From Phycisphaerales bacterium (lineage in GTDB: Bacteria > Planctomycetota > Phycisphaerae > Phycisphaerales > UBA1924), in assembly GCA_036261855.1 (NCBI GenBank), contig DATAKA010000120.1, forward strand, positions 35,893 to 99,892: a DNA stretch of 64,000 bases, read 5' to 3'. The position numbers were made by a program, and so were the translations under genes. Below are positions 1 to 11,131 of this stretch, piece after piece; position 1 is the stretch's first letter, and each line of letters starts with the position of its first letter. Below the pieces are notes generated by a model. It had not been told where the DNA came from and made no database searches. It saw nothing but the letters and a program-made list of their open reading frames with translations.

Positions 1-24
1 TCGCCCAGCGCCAACGACGAGTCG

Positions 25-1371
25 ATGATCCTGGCGCTGCCCGACCCGCGTGCCGCGGCGGTGGAGCACCTGCGGGTCATCTACAAGCTCACATCAATGC
101 TCACGACGCGCGTCATGCACCGCGCGGACATCCTCGATGTGCTCATGGACCTGGTGTTCAGTGAGTTCGCCCCTCAGCGCGGCTGCATCATGCTGGCGCA
201 GAACGCGGCACCGTCCCCGTTTGCAAGCCCGGCCGGCGCGAGCGTCACTGTGTCCGAAACACTGGGCGTCTTTACGCCCGCCGTTGTGCGGTACCGCGAA
301 GCACCGCTGGACCCGGAAGAGGCAAAGATCCACGTGTCTCGCACCATCCTCCAGCACGCCCTCACCAAGGGCGAGGGCGTGCTGAGCGCCAACGCCATGA
401 CCGATCCGCGCTTCGCGAAGGGCGACAGCGTGCAGCGGGGCCATATCCGCTCGGCGATCTGCTCGCCCATCCGCTACCGGGAAACAACCTACGGCGCGAT
501 CTACATCGATTCGTCCATGGCGAACTACACGTTCACGCAGGAACAGCTCGCGCTCCTCAACGCGATCGGCCAGCACGCCGCGCTCGCGCTCGCCAACGCG
601 GACCTGTACCAGCAGAAGCTCCAGAGCGAGCGTCTCGCGGTGATGGGCGAAACCGTCGCGATGCTCTCGCACAGCATCAAGAACATGCTGCAGGGCCTGC
701 GGGGCGGGGCGGACGTCGTGGAGATGGGCCTCAAGAAGAACGACACCAGGCTCGCCGCGGGCGGCTGGCCGATCCTGAAGCGCAACCTCGACCGCATCAT
801 CGGCCTCACGCTCAACATGCTCGCGTTCTCTCGCCCGCGACGCGTGGAACTGGAACTCACTCCACTCACACCCCTCATCGAAGAGTGCGCGCAGCTCCTG
901 GAGCCCGCGTGCGCCGCGAAGCAGGCCGCGATCATCGTGGACGTGGATGCGGACCTGCCGCCGATCCCCGTGGACCCCCCACTGCTGCACCAGGCGCTCA
1001 TGAACCTGCTGACCAACGCCGTCGAGGCCGCGCCCGAGGGCGCGGGCGTGGTGACGGTGCGCGTGAAGTACCACCAGCAGCCGCCAGCGCCGTCCATGCG
1101 GTCCACGATCACAGGGGCGTATGTGGAGCTGGCGGTCATCGACAACGGCCCGGGCATCCCACAGAGCAAGCAGCCCTGGGTCTTTGAGCCGTTCAACACC
1201 ACCAAGGGCGTCAAGGGCACCGGCCTGGGCCTCGCCGTTGCGCGACGCGTCGCACTACAGCACGGTGGGTCGCTCGTGCTCGAGAGCACCGAGGGCAAGG
1301 GGGCGACATTCCGCATGCTGCTGCCGATCGAGGGCCACCCGACGATGGACCCCTCGGCCACGGCGCACTAA
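25..1371 (+). CDS. GAF-domain sensor histidine kinase. The frame is open back to nt 1, so the N-terminus may lie outside the window.
   Basis: 448-aa ORF with an N-terminal GAF-like region (SAICSPIRY...YGAIYIDS), H-box MLSHSIKNMLQGL, and HATPase motifs NLLTNAVEA, DNGPGIP, GTGLGLAVARR. No stop codon lies between nt 1 and the ATG at 25. Confidence 0.8.
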   Translation: MILALPDPRAAAVEHLRVIYKLTSMLTTRVMHRADILDVLMDLVFSEFAPQRGCIMLAQNAAPSPFASPAGASVTVSETLGVFTPAVVRYREAPLDPEEAKIHVSRTILQHALTKGEGVLSANAMTDPRFAKGDSVQRGHIRSAICSPIRYRETTYGAIYIDSSMANYTFTQEQLALLNAIGQHAALALANADLYQQKLQSERLAVMGETVAMLSHSIKNMLQGLRGGADVVEMGLKKNDTRLAAGGWPILKRNLDRIIGLTLNMLAFSRPRRVELELTPLTPLIEECAQLLEPACAAKQAAIIVDVDADLPPIPVDPPLLHQALMNLLTNAVEAAPEGAGVVTVRVKYHQQPPAPSMRSTITGAYVELAVIDNGPGIPQSKQPWVFEPFNTTKGVKGTGLGLAVARRVALQHGGSLVLESTEGKGATFRMLLPIEGHPTMDPSATAH

Positions 1372-1374
1372 AAA

Positions 1375-1399
1375 ACCGCCCGCCAATGTGGCGGGCGGT
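1375..1399 (-). terminator. Intrinsic terminator hairpin between convergent genes
   Basis: ACCGCCCGCC-aatgt-GGCGGGCGGT is a perfect 10-bp stem. The A5 run on the plus strand gives a U-run after the hairpin on the minus-strand transcript of the metalloprotease gene. Confidence 0.55.
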
Positions 1400-1423
1400 C
1401 GTGTGCGCAAGTGCGCGGAATGC

Positions 1424-4393
1424 TTACTTGTTCGTGGGCGCGGCTTCCGCAGGCTGCCCAAAGAACATGAACCCGCCGTAGCCGCCGCCAATGTCGTTGG
1501 CGTTGTAGATGTACTGGCTGTCGAGGGCCTTGTCGATGCGGAGCTTGGCCTCGGAGAGGTGGGCGTAGGAGTACGGGTCCAGGCCACTCTTCTTCGTGCC
1601 GTCCTTGCCGACGATATCCTCGAGTTTCTTCGAGATCGAGCGCAGCTTCGATGTCACGAGCGTGGACACGGCCTTGCCCGACTCGCCGCGCAGCGCGCCG
1701 CCGGGCATGGAGAGGTTCACGAGGCGGTCGACGTACTCGCTCTGCAGGCCGCGGCGCAGGCTTGAGATGTAGGGCTTCTTCACGCTGCCGCCGGGGCTCT
1801 TGTCCAGTTCCTTCCACACCGCATCGTCGATCGTGTCGAGCACCTCGCTCAGCGTGATCGCCTCGTCGTTTCCAACGAGGAACTCGTTGTCAAAGATGCG
1901 CCGGGTCGTCGTCGGGTTGAGCAGCATGGTCATCACCGAGGCCTGGATGCCGCCCAGGCGGTCGTGGATCGGGTAGGTGCTTTCCTGCACCGCCTCGCCA
2001 AAGCCGCCCTGGTCGAGCCACTTGTCGGTGATCATCTTGCTCGAGATCTCGGGCGAGAGTCCGAACGACTCCTCAAAGAAGGAGTTGTCGATGCACCACT
2101 TGAGCGCTTCGCGCTGCGTGCTGGCGGGCACCACCTCCAGCGGCTTCCGCGTCGTGCTGTCGCCCTTTTTGTCGCGGTTGATGTACACGCCGCCGACCCA
2201 CGAGGACATGATCGACAGGCTCCGCGCCTGCATGCCCAGCGTGATCTCGTAGCCGCGCCGGACGCGCGACCAGTTGTCGCCGTCCTTCACGAACTTGTCG
2301 AGCAGGCGGCCGCGGTGGTACGTGGCGAGCTCCATCTGGCTGCGCGCGTAGTCGATGGGGTTCTTGGAGAAGTCGTAGCGGCGGGCGCGGGGGTCCACGC
2401 CGCCGGTGTCCTCGTCCGTACCGTAGTCCAGGCCCGGTTGGCCCACGCGCTTGAGCACATCCTTGGGGTCATCGAGTGTGTAGCCGTACTCGATCACCCA
2501 CATGTCGTAGTCGCCGATGCCGGTCATGGCGACATCGCCGGTCAGCTTGCCCTTCTCCACCGCGAAGTTGACAGGGATGTAGTCCATCACGCTGCCGGCA
2601 AAGGGCTTCTTGCCCTTGACCTCTTCGCTGTTGATCTCACCGAGCGTGTACTGGCACGACGCCTTGAAGTTGTGGCGCAGGCCCAGGGTGTGGCCCACCT
2701 CGTGGCTCACCAGGTCCGCGAGCAGGGGCTGCACAAACCAGTCGGGGATGCCGTCAAGCTCCGGCACCTTCTTCTTCTTGTCCTTGTCGTCCTTCTTGTC
2801 GTCTTTCCCATCGCCCTTGCCGTCGTCAACCGACGCGAGCGCGTCGAACGACTCGTCGCTGGCGAGCATCTCGAGCGTCAGGCGCCCGGTGGCCATGTCG
2901 AACGCCTTGCCCTTCGCGGCCAGGCACAGGCCGTTGATCTGGCTCGTGCGGTTGACAAGCCCGTCATACTCCGTGCGCCCGTGCAGCATGGCGCCGGGGC
3001 CCTCGTGCGCCGCGTCCGGGTCGCCCATCGCGATGGGGTGGCCGCCGTAGGCCGTCACGCCCTTGCGTGCGCGCTGCGCCAGGATCATCGGCCGCTGCGC
3101 GGGGTCGGCCAGGCGCACGCGCGGGTCCCACTGCGGGTGCAGTTCGAGCCACGCGAGGGTCTCGGCGCTCATGCCGTCCATCATCAGTTCCGGCATGATC
3201 TCGTTGAACTGCACCCAGAAGTGGCGGATCCACCCGTCGGTCAGCACCACGTCCGCGTCCAGAATCTGGCCGGTGAGCGGGTGCACGCGGGACGGGCCGA
3301 TGGCGGTGCCCTGGTCGTTGCTCAGCCAGCGGATGAAATTGTAGCGGACGTCCTCGGGGTCCTTATCCATGTGGGCGCCGGTGGTCTCGTCCTGCTGATA
3401 CACCTCAACCGCGTTGACGATGCCCACCTTCTCGAATGCCTTGTTCCACTCCAGCACACCGCGCCGGACAGACTCGCGGTAGCGCACGGGCACGGCCGCG
3501 TCAATATGGAACACGATGGGCTCCTTCGGCGGGCTCATCGCGAGCTTGCTGTCGCGCTTCTCAAGCTTCCAGCGGTTGATGTACCGGTTCCACTTCTCCT
3601 TGTCCGTGAACTTGCCCAGGTCGCGGTACACCGTGGTGAAGTACCCGAGCCGCTCGTCGGCGTGACGGGGCTTGTAGTCCGGGTCCTCGCGCAGCAGGCT
3701 GATGGAGTAGTGGAACTCCTTGAGGCGACCGCCCGCGATCGGCATCTCGTACGCCACCTCGATGTTCTCGGGGAAGGCCTTGGCCTTCTTGATCGTGGCG
3801 ATGCGCGTGTTGACCCCGTTGACACTGCCGCCGAAGAAGGTACGGGACTGGTTGACCAGCAGGTCCTTCATGTCGATGACCGGCTGGCCGGAGGGGCCCA
3901 TCGTCACGATCGGCACGTCGATGATGACGCGGTCGGTGAACAGGTTCTTGACGCTGCTCTTGCTCTCGGCGTCACCCGTGCTCCGGGTGTCCACCGTGGG
4001 CTCGATGAGCACCATGCGGTTGTCGATCCGCTTCCAGTAGACGTACATCTCGCCGAACTGCAGGCCGGCGTATTCCTCGCCGCTGGCGATGGTCAGGGCG
4101 ATGAAGTGCCGCTGGCCCTCGTACCCCCGGGGCAGCTCCGCGAGCATCGAGCCGTCCTTGTTCTTGGTCCACAAGGTGTAGAACGAAGGCTTGCCGTCGG
4201 CGGTGGAGGTCACCTTCTCAAAGCCCTTGCTCACCTCGGCCCAGGGTTTGAACTCCGGCTTCTCTTTTTCCTCAGCCTTCTCTTCGGGCTTGTCCTGTGC
4301 CACCACCATGTTGGGCAGTCCGCAGACCGCAACCAAAGCCGCCGCGCTCAGCAGCCACGCCCCAAACTTCCGGCCGTTCACACCCTGCGTCAT
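1424..4393 (-). CDS. Secreted zinc-dependent metalloprotease (large DUF-type zincin)
   Basis: HEVGHTLGLRHNF zincin motif and an N-terminal signal peptide (GAWLLSAAALVAVCGLPNMVVAQ). The ATG at 4393 is preceded by GAAGGAG 7 nt upstream; the ORF track starts 2 codons earlier at a TTG. Confidence 0.8.
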   Translation of the reverse strand: MTQGVNGRKFGAWLLSAAALVAVCGLPNMVVAQDKPEEKAEEKEKPEFKPWAEVSKGFEKVTSTADGKPSFYTLWTKNKDGSMLAELPRGYEGQRHFIALTIASGEEYAGLQFGEMYVYWKRIDNRMVLIEPTVDTRSTGDAESKSSVKNLFTDRVIIDVPIVTMGPSGQPVIDMKDLLVNQSRTFFGGSVNGVNTRIATIKKAKAFPENIEVAYEMPIAGGRLKEFHYSISLLREDPDYKPRHADERLGYFTTVYRDLGKFTDKEKWNRYINRWKLEKRDSKLAMSPPKEPIVFHIDAAVPVRYRESVRRGVLEWNKAFEKVGIVNAVEVYQQDETTGAHMDKDPEDVRYNFIRWLSNDQGTAIGPSRVHPLTGQILDADVVLTDGWIRHFWVQFNEIMPELMMDGMSAETLAWLELHPQWDPRVRLADPAQRPMILAQRARKGVTAYGGHPIAMGDPDAAHEGPGAMLHGRTEYDGLVNRTSQINGLCLAAKGKAFDMATGRLTLEMLASDESFDALASVDDGKGDGKDDKKDDKDKKKKVPELDGIPDWFVQPLLADLVSHEVGHTLGLRHNFKASCQYTLGEINSEEVKGKKPFAGSVMDYIPVNFAVEKGKLTGDVAMTGIGDYDMWVIEYGYTLDDPKDVLKRVGQPGLDYGTDEDTGGVDPRARRYDFSKNPIDYARSQMELATYHRGRLLDKFVKDGDNWSRVRRGYEITLGMQARSLSIMSSWVGGVYINRDKKGDSTTRKPLEVVPASTQREALKWCIDNSFFEESFGLSPEISSKMITDKWLDQGGFGEAVQESTYPIHDRLGGIQASVMTMLLNPTTTRRIFDNEFLVGNDEAITLSEVLDTIDDAVWKELDKSPGGSVKKPYISSLRRGLQSEYVDRLVNLSMPGGALRGESGKAVSTLVTSKLRSISKKLEDIVGKDGTKKSGLDPYSYAHLSEAKLRIDKALDSQYIYNANDIGGGYGGFMFFGQPAEAAPTNK

Positions 4394-4778
4394 GACCAAA
4401 CTCCTTCAAGGTTTCGGGGCCGGACAAGCCATAACCCCATGGGACACAAGCACTAGCCCGAGCCGGTGAACGCACAAAGCCCGGTGCACGCAGCACCGAG
4501 CCCCGCGCGGGACTCCGCCCGCTGGCCACACTCTTCCGCAAACGGCCCGCCACCCGAAGTGCAAGCCGCGGCAAGTCTTATCCAGTCGCCGACACTGCGT
4601 TTCGCACGATCCGCACGAGGCCCCTGCGAGGGTGGCTTACCCGCGCTTCTTGAAGCCGCCGGAATCAGTGCGGCCAGCCAGGGCAATACCCTCACTCTTC
4701 CCTCGGTCACGGACGACGCAGATGCCGCCCCCCGCCCCCACTCCAAACCCCGCCCAGCCCGATGGCTCCGCCCAGGAC

Positions 4779-7700
4779 ATGGGCGCGTTTGTCCACCTGC
4801 ACCTGCACACCGAGTACTCCCTGCTCGACGGCGGCAACCAGGTGGACAAGCTCGTGGACCGCGTGGCCGAGCTGGGCATGAAGGCCGTGGCTGTCACCGA
4901 TCACGGCAACATCTTCGGGGCCGTGCAGGTCTATGAGACGTGCAAAGCCAAGGGCATCAAGCCCATCCTGGGGGTCGAGGCATACGTCACACCCCCCGGC
5001 AAGCCCCGCACCGACCGGACGTACAGCGGCGGCGGCGAGGGCGGGTACCACCTTGTGCTGCTGGCCATGAACAACACGGGGTGGCAGAACCTGCTGGTCC
5101 TGTGCAGCGAGGCCTACCTCACCGGCTTCTACTACAAGCCCCGCATCGACCGCGAACTGCTCGCGAAGCACAGCGAGGGCCTGATCGCCATCAACGGGCA
5201 CCTGGGCAGCGAGATCGGCGAGCACCTGCTCGCCTACCACCGGAGCCGCGAAGAGAAGCATTGGAAGGCGGCGGTGGAGAGCGCGGAGTGGCACAAGCAT
5301 GCATTCGGCATCGGGCATCAGGCATCAGGCAAGTCCGCCGCGGGTTCTCCTGATGCCCGATGCCTGGTGACCGATGCCTCTTCACTCCCTTCCCGCTTCT
5401 TCATTGAACTTCAGCACCACGTCCCCGAGCAGAACGCCATCAACCCGCTGCTCATCAGGCTTGCGCGCGAGCAGGGCCTGCCGCTGGTGTGCGACAACGA
5501 CGCGCACTTCCTGAGGGAAGAGGACTACGACACGCACGACACACTGATCTGCATCAGCACCGCCAAGGGCAAGCGCGACGAGAACCGCATGCGCTACCCG
5601 CGCGAGGTCTACGTCAAGAACCCGCGCGAGATGCAGGACCTGTTCGCCGGCGACGAGTACAACAACAAGGAGTACGGCAACGCGGGGCTCGAGGCGTTGG
5701 CCAACACCGTCAAGATCGCCGCGGCGTGCGACGTCACGCTCCCGCTTGGCCAGAACAACGCCCCGCTCGTGCGGGTCATCCTGCCGGCCGCGAAGGCCCT
5801 GCCCGGGCACAACGACACGGCGTACGGCGGCGACCTCACGGCGTGGTACAAGGACTACTGCTCGAAGTTCGAGCTCCGCCCCTTCCGCAACGACGACGGC
5901 TCCGCCCCCAGCGACGCCGACCGCGCAAAGGCGAAGACGGACTGCGACACAGCGCTGCGGATGCTCGCAGAAGCGGGCTTTGTGTGGAGGTACGGGAGAG
6001 AGGCCCGCGGCCCCGGCAAGGCCGCTACGCACGCAAGCACGAACACCGAACCACAAACACCGAATGCCGACGACGACTTCACCGCCAAAGTCGCGCGCCT
6101 CGAGCGCGAACTTACCATCCTCGCCAACAAGAACATCTCCGCGTACTTCCTCATCGTCTGGGACTTCGTGAACTGGGGCCGCAACAACGGCGTGCCGGCC
6201 TTGGCCCGCGGCTCCGGCGTCGGCACGATGGTGGGCTACGTGCTGGGCCTCTCCAACGCGTGCCCGGTGAAGTACGGCCTGCTCTTCGAGCGGTTCACCG
6301 ACCCCGACCGCAGCGAGTACCCCGATATCGATATCGACCTGTGCCAGGACGGGCGTGGGCGCGTCATCGAGTACGTGCGCCGCAAGTACGGGCACGTTGC
6401 GCAGATCATCACCTTCGGAACGCTCAAGGCCCGCGCTGCGCTGCGCGATGTCGGCCGCGCGCTCGAGATCCCGATCCCCGAGGTGGACCGCATCTGCAAG
6501 ATGGTGCCCGAGGCGCTGGACATGACCCTCGCCAAGGCGCTGGAGCAGGAGCCGGAACTGCGCAAGGCGCGCGACAGCGACCAGCGCTACGCCGAGCTGC
6601 TTGAGCAGGCCGAAGGCCTCGAGGGCCACACGCGCCACGCCGGCGTGCACGCCGCGGGTGTCATCGTCGCCACACGCCCGCTCAGCGAGATCGTGCCGCT
6701 CTACAAGCAGCCGTCGAGCAAGGACCCTGAGCAGGACGTCGTCATCACGCAGTGGGACGGCCCCACGTGCGAGAAGATGGGCCTGCTCAAGATGGACTTC
6801 CTGGGCCTGCGCACGATTTCCATCATCGAGCGCGCAAAGAAGCTGATCCTGGAGACGATGACGGAGGATGAGATTTGGGCGGCCGTAGGGAGAGCGAGCG
6901 AGCAAAGCGCAAAGACGCCCTCCCCACGTTCGCTCCTTCGCTCGTTTGCTCACCCCCTCGACTTGGACCGCCTCTCCTACGCCGATCAGAAGGTCTTCGA
7001 GATCTTCCGCCGCGGCGAGACCACCGGCGTCTTCCAGTTTGAATCCGGCGGCATGCGCCGCCTGCTGGTGGAGATGAAGCCCGACCGGCTCGAGGACCTC
7101 ATCGCGGCCAACGCCCTCTTCCGCCCGGGCCCGATGGACCTGATCCCCGATTACAACCGCCGCAAGCACGGGACCGAGCAGGTGCCCAGGGTCCACGACA
7201 TCGTGGACCAGTACACCGGCGAGACGTACGGCGTCATGGTGTACCAGGAGCAGGTCATGCAGATCGTGCACGGCCTGGGCGGCATCAAGCTGCGCGACGC
7301 GTACTCGCTCATCAAGAACATCAGCAAGAAGAAGCACGACAAGATCGAGAAGGAACGCCCCAAGTTTGTCGAGGGTGCGCAGAAGCAGGGGCTGACGAAG
7401 CAAGGAGCCGAAGACCTCTTCGAGCTCATCCTGAAGTTCGCCGGCTACGGCTTCAACAAGAGCCACAGCACGGGCTACGCCATCGTCGCGTACCAGACCG
7501 CGTACCTCAAGGCCTACTTCCCCGCCCAGTACATGGCGGCGTTCCTGACGTACGAGAGCCAGGCGAACAAGGTCAGCGAGTGGACCCCGTACCTCGAAGA
7601 CTGCCGCCGCACCCGCATCATCGACCCGATCGACGGCCGCACGCTTTCGGTCGGTGTTGAGGTCAAGCCCCCGGACATCAATCTCTCCCAGGCGGACTTC

Positions 7701-8870
7701 ACGGTGGTGAAGCAGGACGACGTGCGGCACATCCGCTTCGGTCTCAAGGCCATCAAGGGCGCGGGCGAGAAAGCGATCGAGACCATCATCGTCGAACGCA
7801 CCAAGAACGGCCCCTTCACGAGCCTCTTTGACTTCTGTGAGCGCGTGCCCACCGGTGTCGTCAACAAGGCGATGTTCGAGAGCCTCATCAAGTGCGGCGC
7901 GTTCGACAGCCTGCACACGCGGGAGAACCGCGCCGCCATGGTCGCGACCATCGACCAGGCGCTCTCCGCCGGGTCACGCCTCGCACAGGACCGCGCGATG
8001 GGCCAGAACGCTCTCTTCGGCGGTTCTTCGGCGGTTGCCACGGCCACCGTGCGCCCCGCCGCCGCCACACCCCTCGCCCGCGCCACACCCTGGCCTGAAG
8101 CCGAGACGCTCGCGCGGGAGAAGGAAGTCCTGGGCTTTTACGTCTCCAGCCACCCGCTGGACCGCTGGAAGTTCTGGAGCAGCGTCTTTGCCACGGCCAA
8201 CACCCAGTCGATCAAAGACCAACAACAGGACGCCCGCGTCGTGATCGCGGCGATGGTGCAGAGCGCCCGCACGCTCCTGGTCAAGAACGGCAAGAGCGCG
8301 GGCCAGAAGATGGCGATCCTCACGATGGAGGACATGAACGGCGCGTGCGACTGCGTCATGTTCACGGATTGCTACGGCAAGTACGGCCACCTCGCCGTCG
8401 CGGAGGCTGTCGTGTTCGTCATGGGGCGCGTGGACCTCTCGCGCGGCGACCCGCAGATCATCGTGGATCGACTCGTGCCCGTGGACGGCGTGCCCCTGGA
8501 GAGCGGGCGCCTCCGCCTCTTCCTGGACGCGACCAAGGTGAATGGTGACGGTCCACGTGTGGTGTCGCGCGTCGCTGAACTCCTCAAGGCCCCCGCCGCT
8601 GCCGCGGCCCCGGCCGCACCAACGGCCAAGAGACACACAGACACAGCACCCAGCCTGTTCCCCGTGGACCTCGTCATCGCAACCGAGGACACCGTGGCCC
8701 TGCTCTCCGCCGACCCCAAGATCCGCGTGCCGCTCGCGCCCGAACTCGTGAAGGAACTTCAGAACGAGCTGGGCCTGGGCATGATGCGCGTCGTCGGCGG
8801 CCTCACCTTCGACAAAGAGAAGGAAAAGAAGCCCTGGCAGAAGAAGCGGAGTGGGGACGACGAGGACTAA
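4779..8870 (+). CDS. dnaE: DNA polymerase III alpha subunit
   Basis: PHP-domain start FVHLHLHTEYSLLDG, then GVFQFESGGM, LFRPGP, FAGYGFNKSHS and a C-terminal OB region. The start is set at the ATG at 4779 (MGAFVHLH); alternative upstream starts are 4722 (ATG) and 4632 (GTG). Confidence 0.93.
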   Translation: MGAFVHLHLHTEYSLLDGGNQVDKLVDRVAELGMKAVAVTDHGNIFGAVQVYETCKAKGIKPILGVEAYVTPPGKPRTDRTYSGGGEGGYHLVLLAMNNTGWQNLLVLCSEAYLTGFYYKPRIDRELLAKHSEGLIAINGHLGSEIGEHLLAYHRSREEKHWKAAVESAEWHKHAFGIGHQASGKSAAGSPDARCLVTDASSLPSRFFIELQHHVPEQNAINPLLIRLAREQGLPLVCDNDAHFLREEDYDTHDTLICISTAKGKRDENRMRYPREVYVKNPREMQDLFAGDEYNNKEYGNAGLEALANTVKIAAACDVTLPLGQNNAPLVRVILPAAKALPGHNDTAYGGDLTAWYKDYCSKFELRPFRNDDGSAPSDADRAKAKTDCDTALRMLAEAGFVWRYGREARGPGKAATHASTNTEPQTPNADDDFTAKVARLERELTILANKNISAYFLIVWDFVNWGRNNGVPALARGSGVGTMVGYVLGLSNACPVKYGLLFERFTDPDRSEYPDIDIDLCQDGRGRVIEYVRRKYGHVAQIITFGTLKARAALRDVGRALEIPIPEVDRICKMVPEALDMTLAKALEQEPELRKARDSDQRYAELLEQAEGLEGHTRHAGVHAAGVIVATRPLSEIVPLYKQPSSKDPEQDVVITQWDGPTCEKMGLLKMDFLGLRTISIIERAKKLILETMTEDEIWAAVGRASEQSAKTPSPRSLLRSFAHPLDLDRLSYADQKVFEIFRRGETTGVFQFESGGMRRLLVEMKPDRLEDLIAANALFRPGPMDLIPDYNRRKHGTEQVPRVHDIVDQYTGETYGVMVYQEQVMQIVHGLGGIKLRDAYSLIKNISKKKHDKIEKERPKFVEGAQKQGLTKQGAEDLFELILKFAGYGFNKSHSTGYAIVAYQTAYLKAYFPAQYMAAFLTYESQANKVSEWTPYLEDCRRTRIIDPIDGRTLSVGVEVKPPDINLSQADFTVVKQDDVRHIRFGLKAIKGAGEKAIETIIVERTKNGPFTSLFDFCERVPTGVVNKAMFESLIKCGAFDSLHTRENRAAMVATIDQALSAGSRLAQDRAMGQNALFGGSSAVATATVRPAAATPLARATPWPEAETLAREKEVLGFYVSSHPLDRWKFWSSVFATANTQSIKDQQQDARVVIAAMVQSARTLLVKNGKSAGQKMAILTMEDMNGACDCVMFTDCYGKYGHLAVAEAVVFVMGRVDLSRGDPQIIVDRLVPVDGVPLESGRLRLFLDATKVNGDGPRVVSRVAELLKAPAAAAAPAAPTAKRHTDTAPSLFPVDLVIATEDTVALLSADPKIRVPLAPELVKELQNELGLGMMRVVGGLTFDKEKEKKPWQKKRSGDDED
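5307..5364. repeat. Perfect 16-bp inverted repeat with a 26-nt spacer, embedded in-frame in dnaE
   Basis: GGCATCGGGCATCAGG (5307-5322) and CCTGATGCCCGATGCC (5349-5364) are exact reverse complements. The segment encodes GIGHQASGKSAAGSPDARCL, an insertion between conserved DnaE blocks. Confidence 0.75.
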
Positions 8871-8992
8871 TGCTCTTGCGGGTATGGCAGCGGCCCCATG
8901 AGCCCGACAGACTTTTCCCCACGATTTGCACAACACAAAGAACTGTCAAAGAACGACTTAAAACACACTACCTGCCAACCCTGACACACACC

Positions 8993-9020
8993 TTGACGAC
9001 GGTTTGGGTTCTGGTATACT
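8993..9020 (+). promoter_or_regulatory. Sigma70-like promoter candidate upstream of recA
   Basis: TTGACG (8993-8998), a 16-nt spacer, then TATACT (9015-9020), sitting in a locally AT-richer intergenic stretch. Confidence 0.4.
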
Positions 9021-9185
9021 TGCCCCGCTGGCCCCGCGTCTGTCACCGCCGCCAGCCTGAGTTCCGCGTGGAAGCGTGAGTTGGGGATGGAACCCCGCCG
9101 CCCGCGTGAAACCTGCCCCGTGACGGCAGCCCGGTGACCTGCTCCCGTTCCGGCGGTTGCAGCCCGGCACAGAAAGGTGGGCGTC

Positions 9186-10358
<1,173 letters not shown>

Positions 10359-10399
10359 CTCGAAGTATCTTCAACAACCCCGAACCCCCCCCGCCCCCA

Positions 10400-10423
10400 C
10401 CCCGCGCCTCACGCGGGGTTTTT
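10400..10423 (+). terminator. Intrinsic terminator of recA
   Basis: CCCCGCG-cctca-CGCGGGG followed by TTTTT. It overlaps the stop codon of the convergent membrane-protein gene. Confidence 0.6.
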
Positions 10424-11050
10424 CTTCGCCGGCGCCGGCCCCGCAAACCACCGCTCGTGGAAGAACCGGATCGTCAGCATCGCGATGATGCACCCCACCA
10501 TGTTGGAAACCAGGTCCCACCCCGTGTTCTCAAAGCCCCCGACGTTCGTGTGCGGCATGATCCGCGTCGCGATGAACTCGATCACCTCGTTCACGCCGCC
10601 GCAGCCCATGCCGATGAGCCCCGCCCCCACCCGCGGCCCGAACGTCGGCCTCATGTGCATGCCCGACCCTATGAACAGCCCGCGCCACGCCGCGAGCGAA
10701 CTCACAAAGAAGCCGAAGGCGTGCACGAACTGGTCATACCGCGGCAGCCACGGGTGGAGCCGCACGTTGTACAGCGTGTAGTTGGTCATCCCCGTGTCCA
10801 CCGCCGACTCGGGCACCTTGATCATCCCGCCCGCCAGGTGCAGGATGAGCCACACAAACAGCCCCCAAAGTACCATGATCGGCAGCCGCACCTTCAGGTC
10901 CAGCCACACGATGCCCAGCCCGATCGCGATGAGCGACACCCCGTAGTAGAGGAACTCGTAGTTGCCGCTGGTCAGCGACGTGACCAGCCCCGCGGCCATG
11001 ATGAGGCCCGACAGGGCGACGATGATCTTGCGTTGGAAGTCCATGCCCAC
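10409..11050 (-). CDS. Polytopic inner-membrane protein, possibly DUF2238-like
   Basis: 213-aa ORF with about 6 hydrophobic segments. No catalytic motif was recognised. Confidence 0.55.
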   Translation of the reverse strand: MGMDFQRKIIVALSGLIMAAGLVTSLTSGNYEFLYYGVSLIAIGLGIVWLDLKVRLPIMVLWGLFVWLILHLAGGMIKVPESAVDTGMTNYTLYNVRLHPWLPRYDQFVHAFGFFVSSLAAWRGLFIGSGMHMRPTFGPRVGAGLIGMGCGGVNEVIEFIATRIMPHTNVGGFENTGWDLVSNMVGCIIAMLTIRFFHERWFAGPAPAKKNPA

Positions 11051-11131
11051 CCTATCGGCTTGGGGACCACGAAAACCGCAGGAACCACCCAGTTGCGTGC
11101 GGCCAACGAGCGAAGAACGTACAATCAGGTC

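Noticed and set aside
1964-4456. Very long antisense ORFs opposite real genes. Examples are 1964-4456(+), 5382-7916(-), 14988-16625(+), 21602-23401(+), 46282-48042(-) and 46293-48884(-).
   Set aside because: These are typical shadow ORFs of a high-GC genome. Their translations are Arg/Ala/Gly/Pro-rich with no recognisable motifs, and the opposite strand carries strongly supported genes (metalloprotease, dnaE, clpB, LptF/G-like, gspE/gspF).
5290-5400. Possible intein in dnaE at the insertion
   Set aside because: The insertion is only about 29 aa, with no Cys/Ser...His-Asn-Cys splice-junction blocks and no endonuclease domain.
6880-6960. Second dnaE insertion (GRASEQSAKTPSPRSLLRSFAHP) as another palindromic element
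   Set aside because: Only 5-7-bp complementary stretches (GAGCAAA/TTTGCTC and GGGAG/CTCCC) occur within low-complexity GAGCGAGC sequence. That is not enough to call a repeat element.
9060-9130. TTCCGCGTGGAA and the CCGCGTGRAA repeats in the recA leader as a LexA/SOS box
   Set aside because: They do not match any SOS-box consensus I know (CTGT-N8-ACAG, GAAC-N4-GTTC or GTTC-N7-GTTC). The palindrome arms are only 4 bp.
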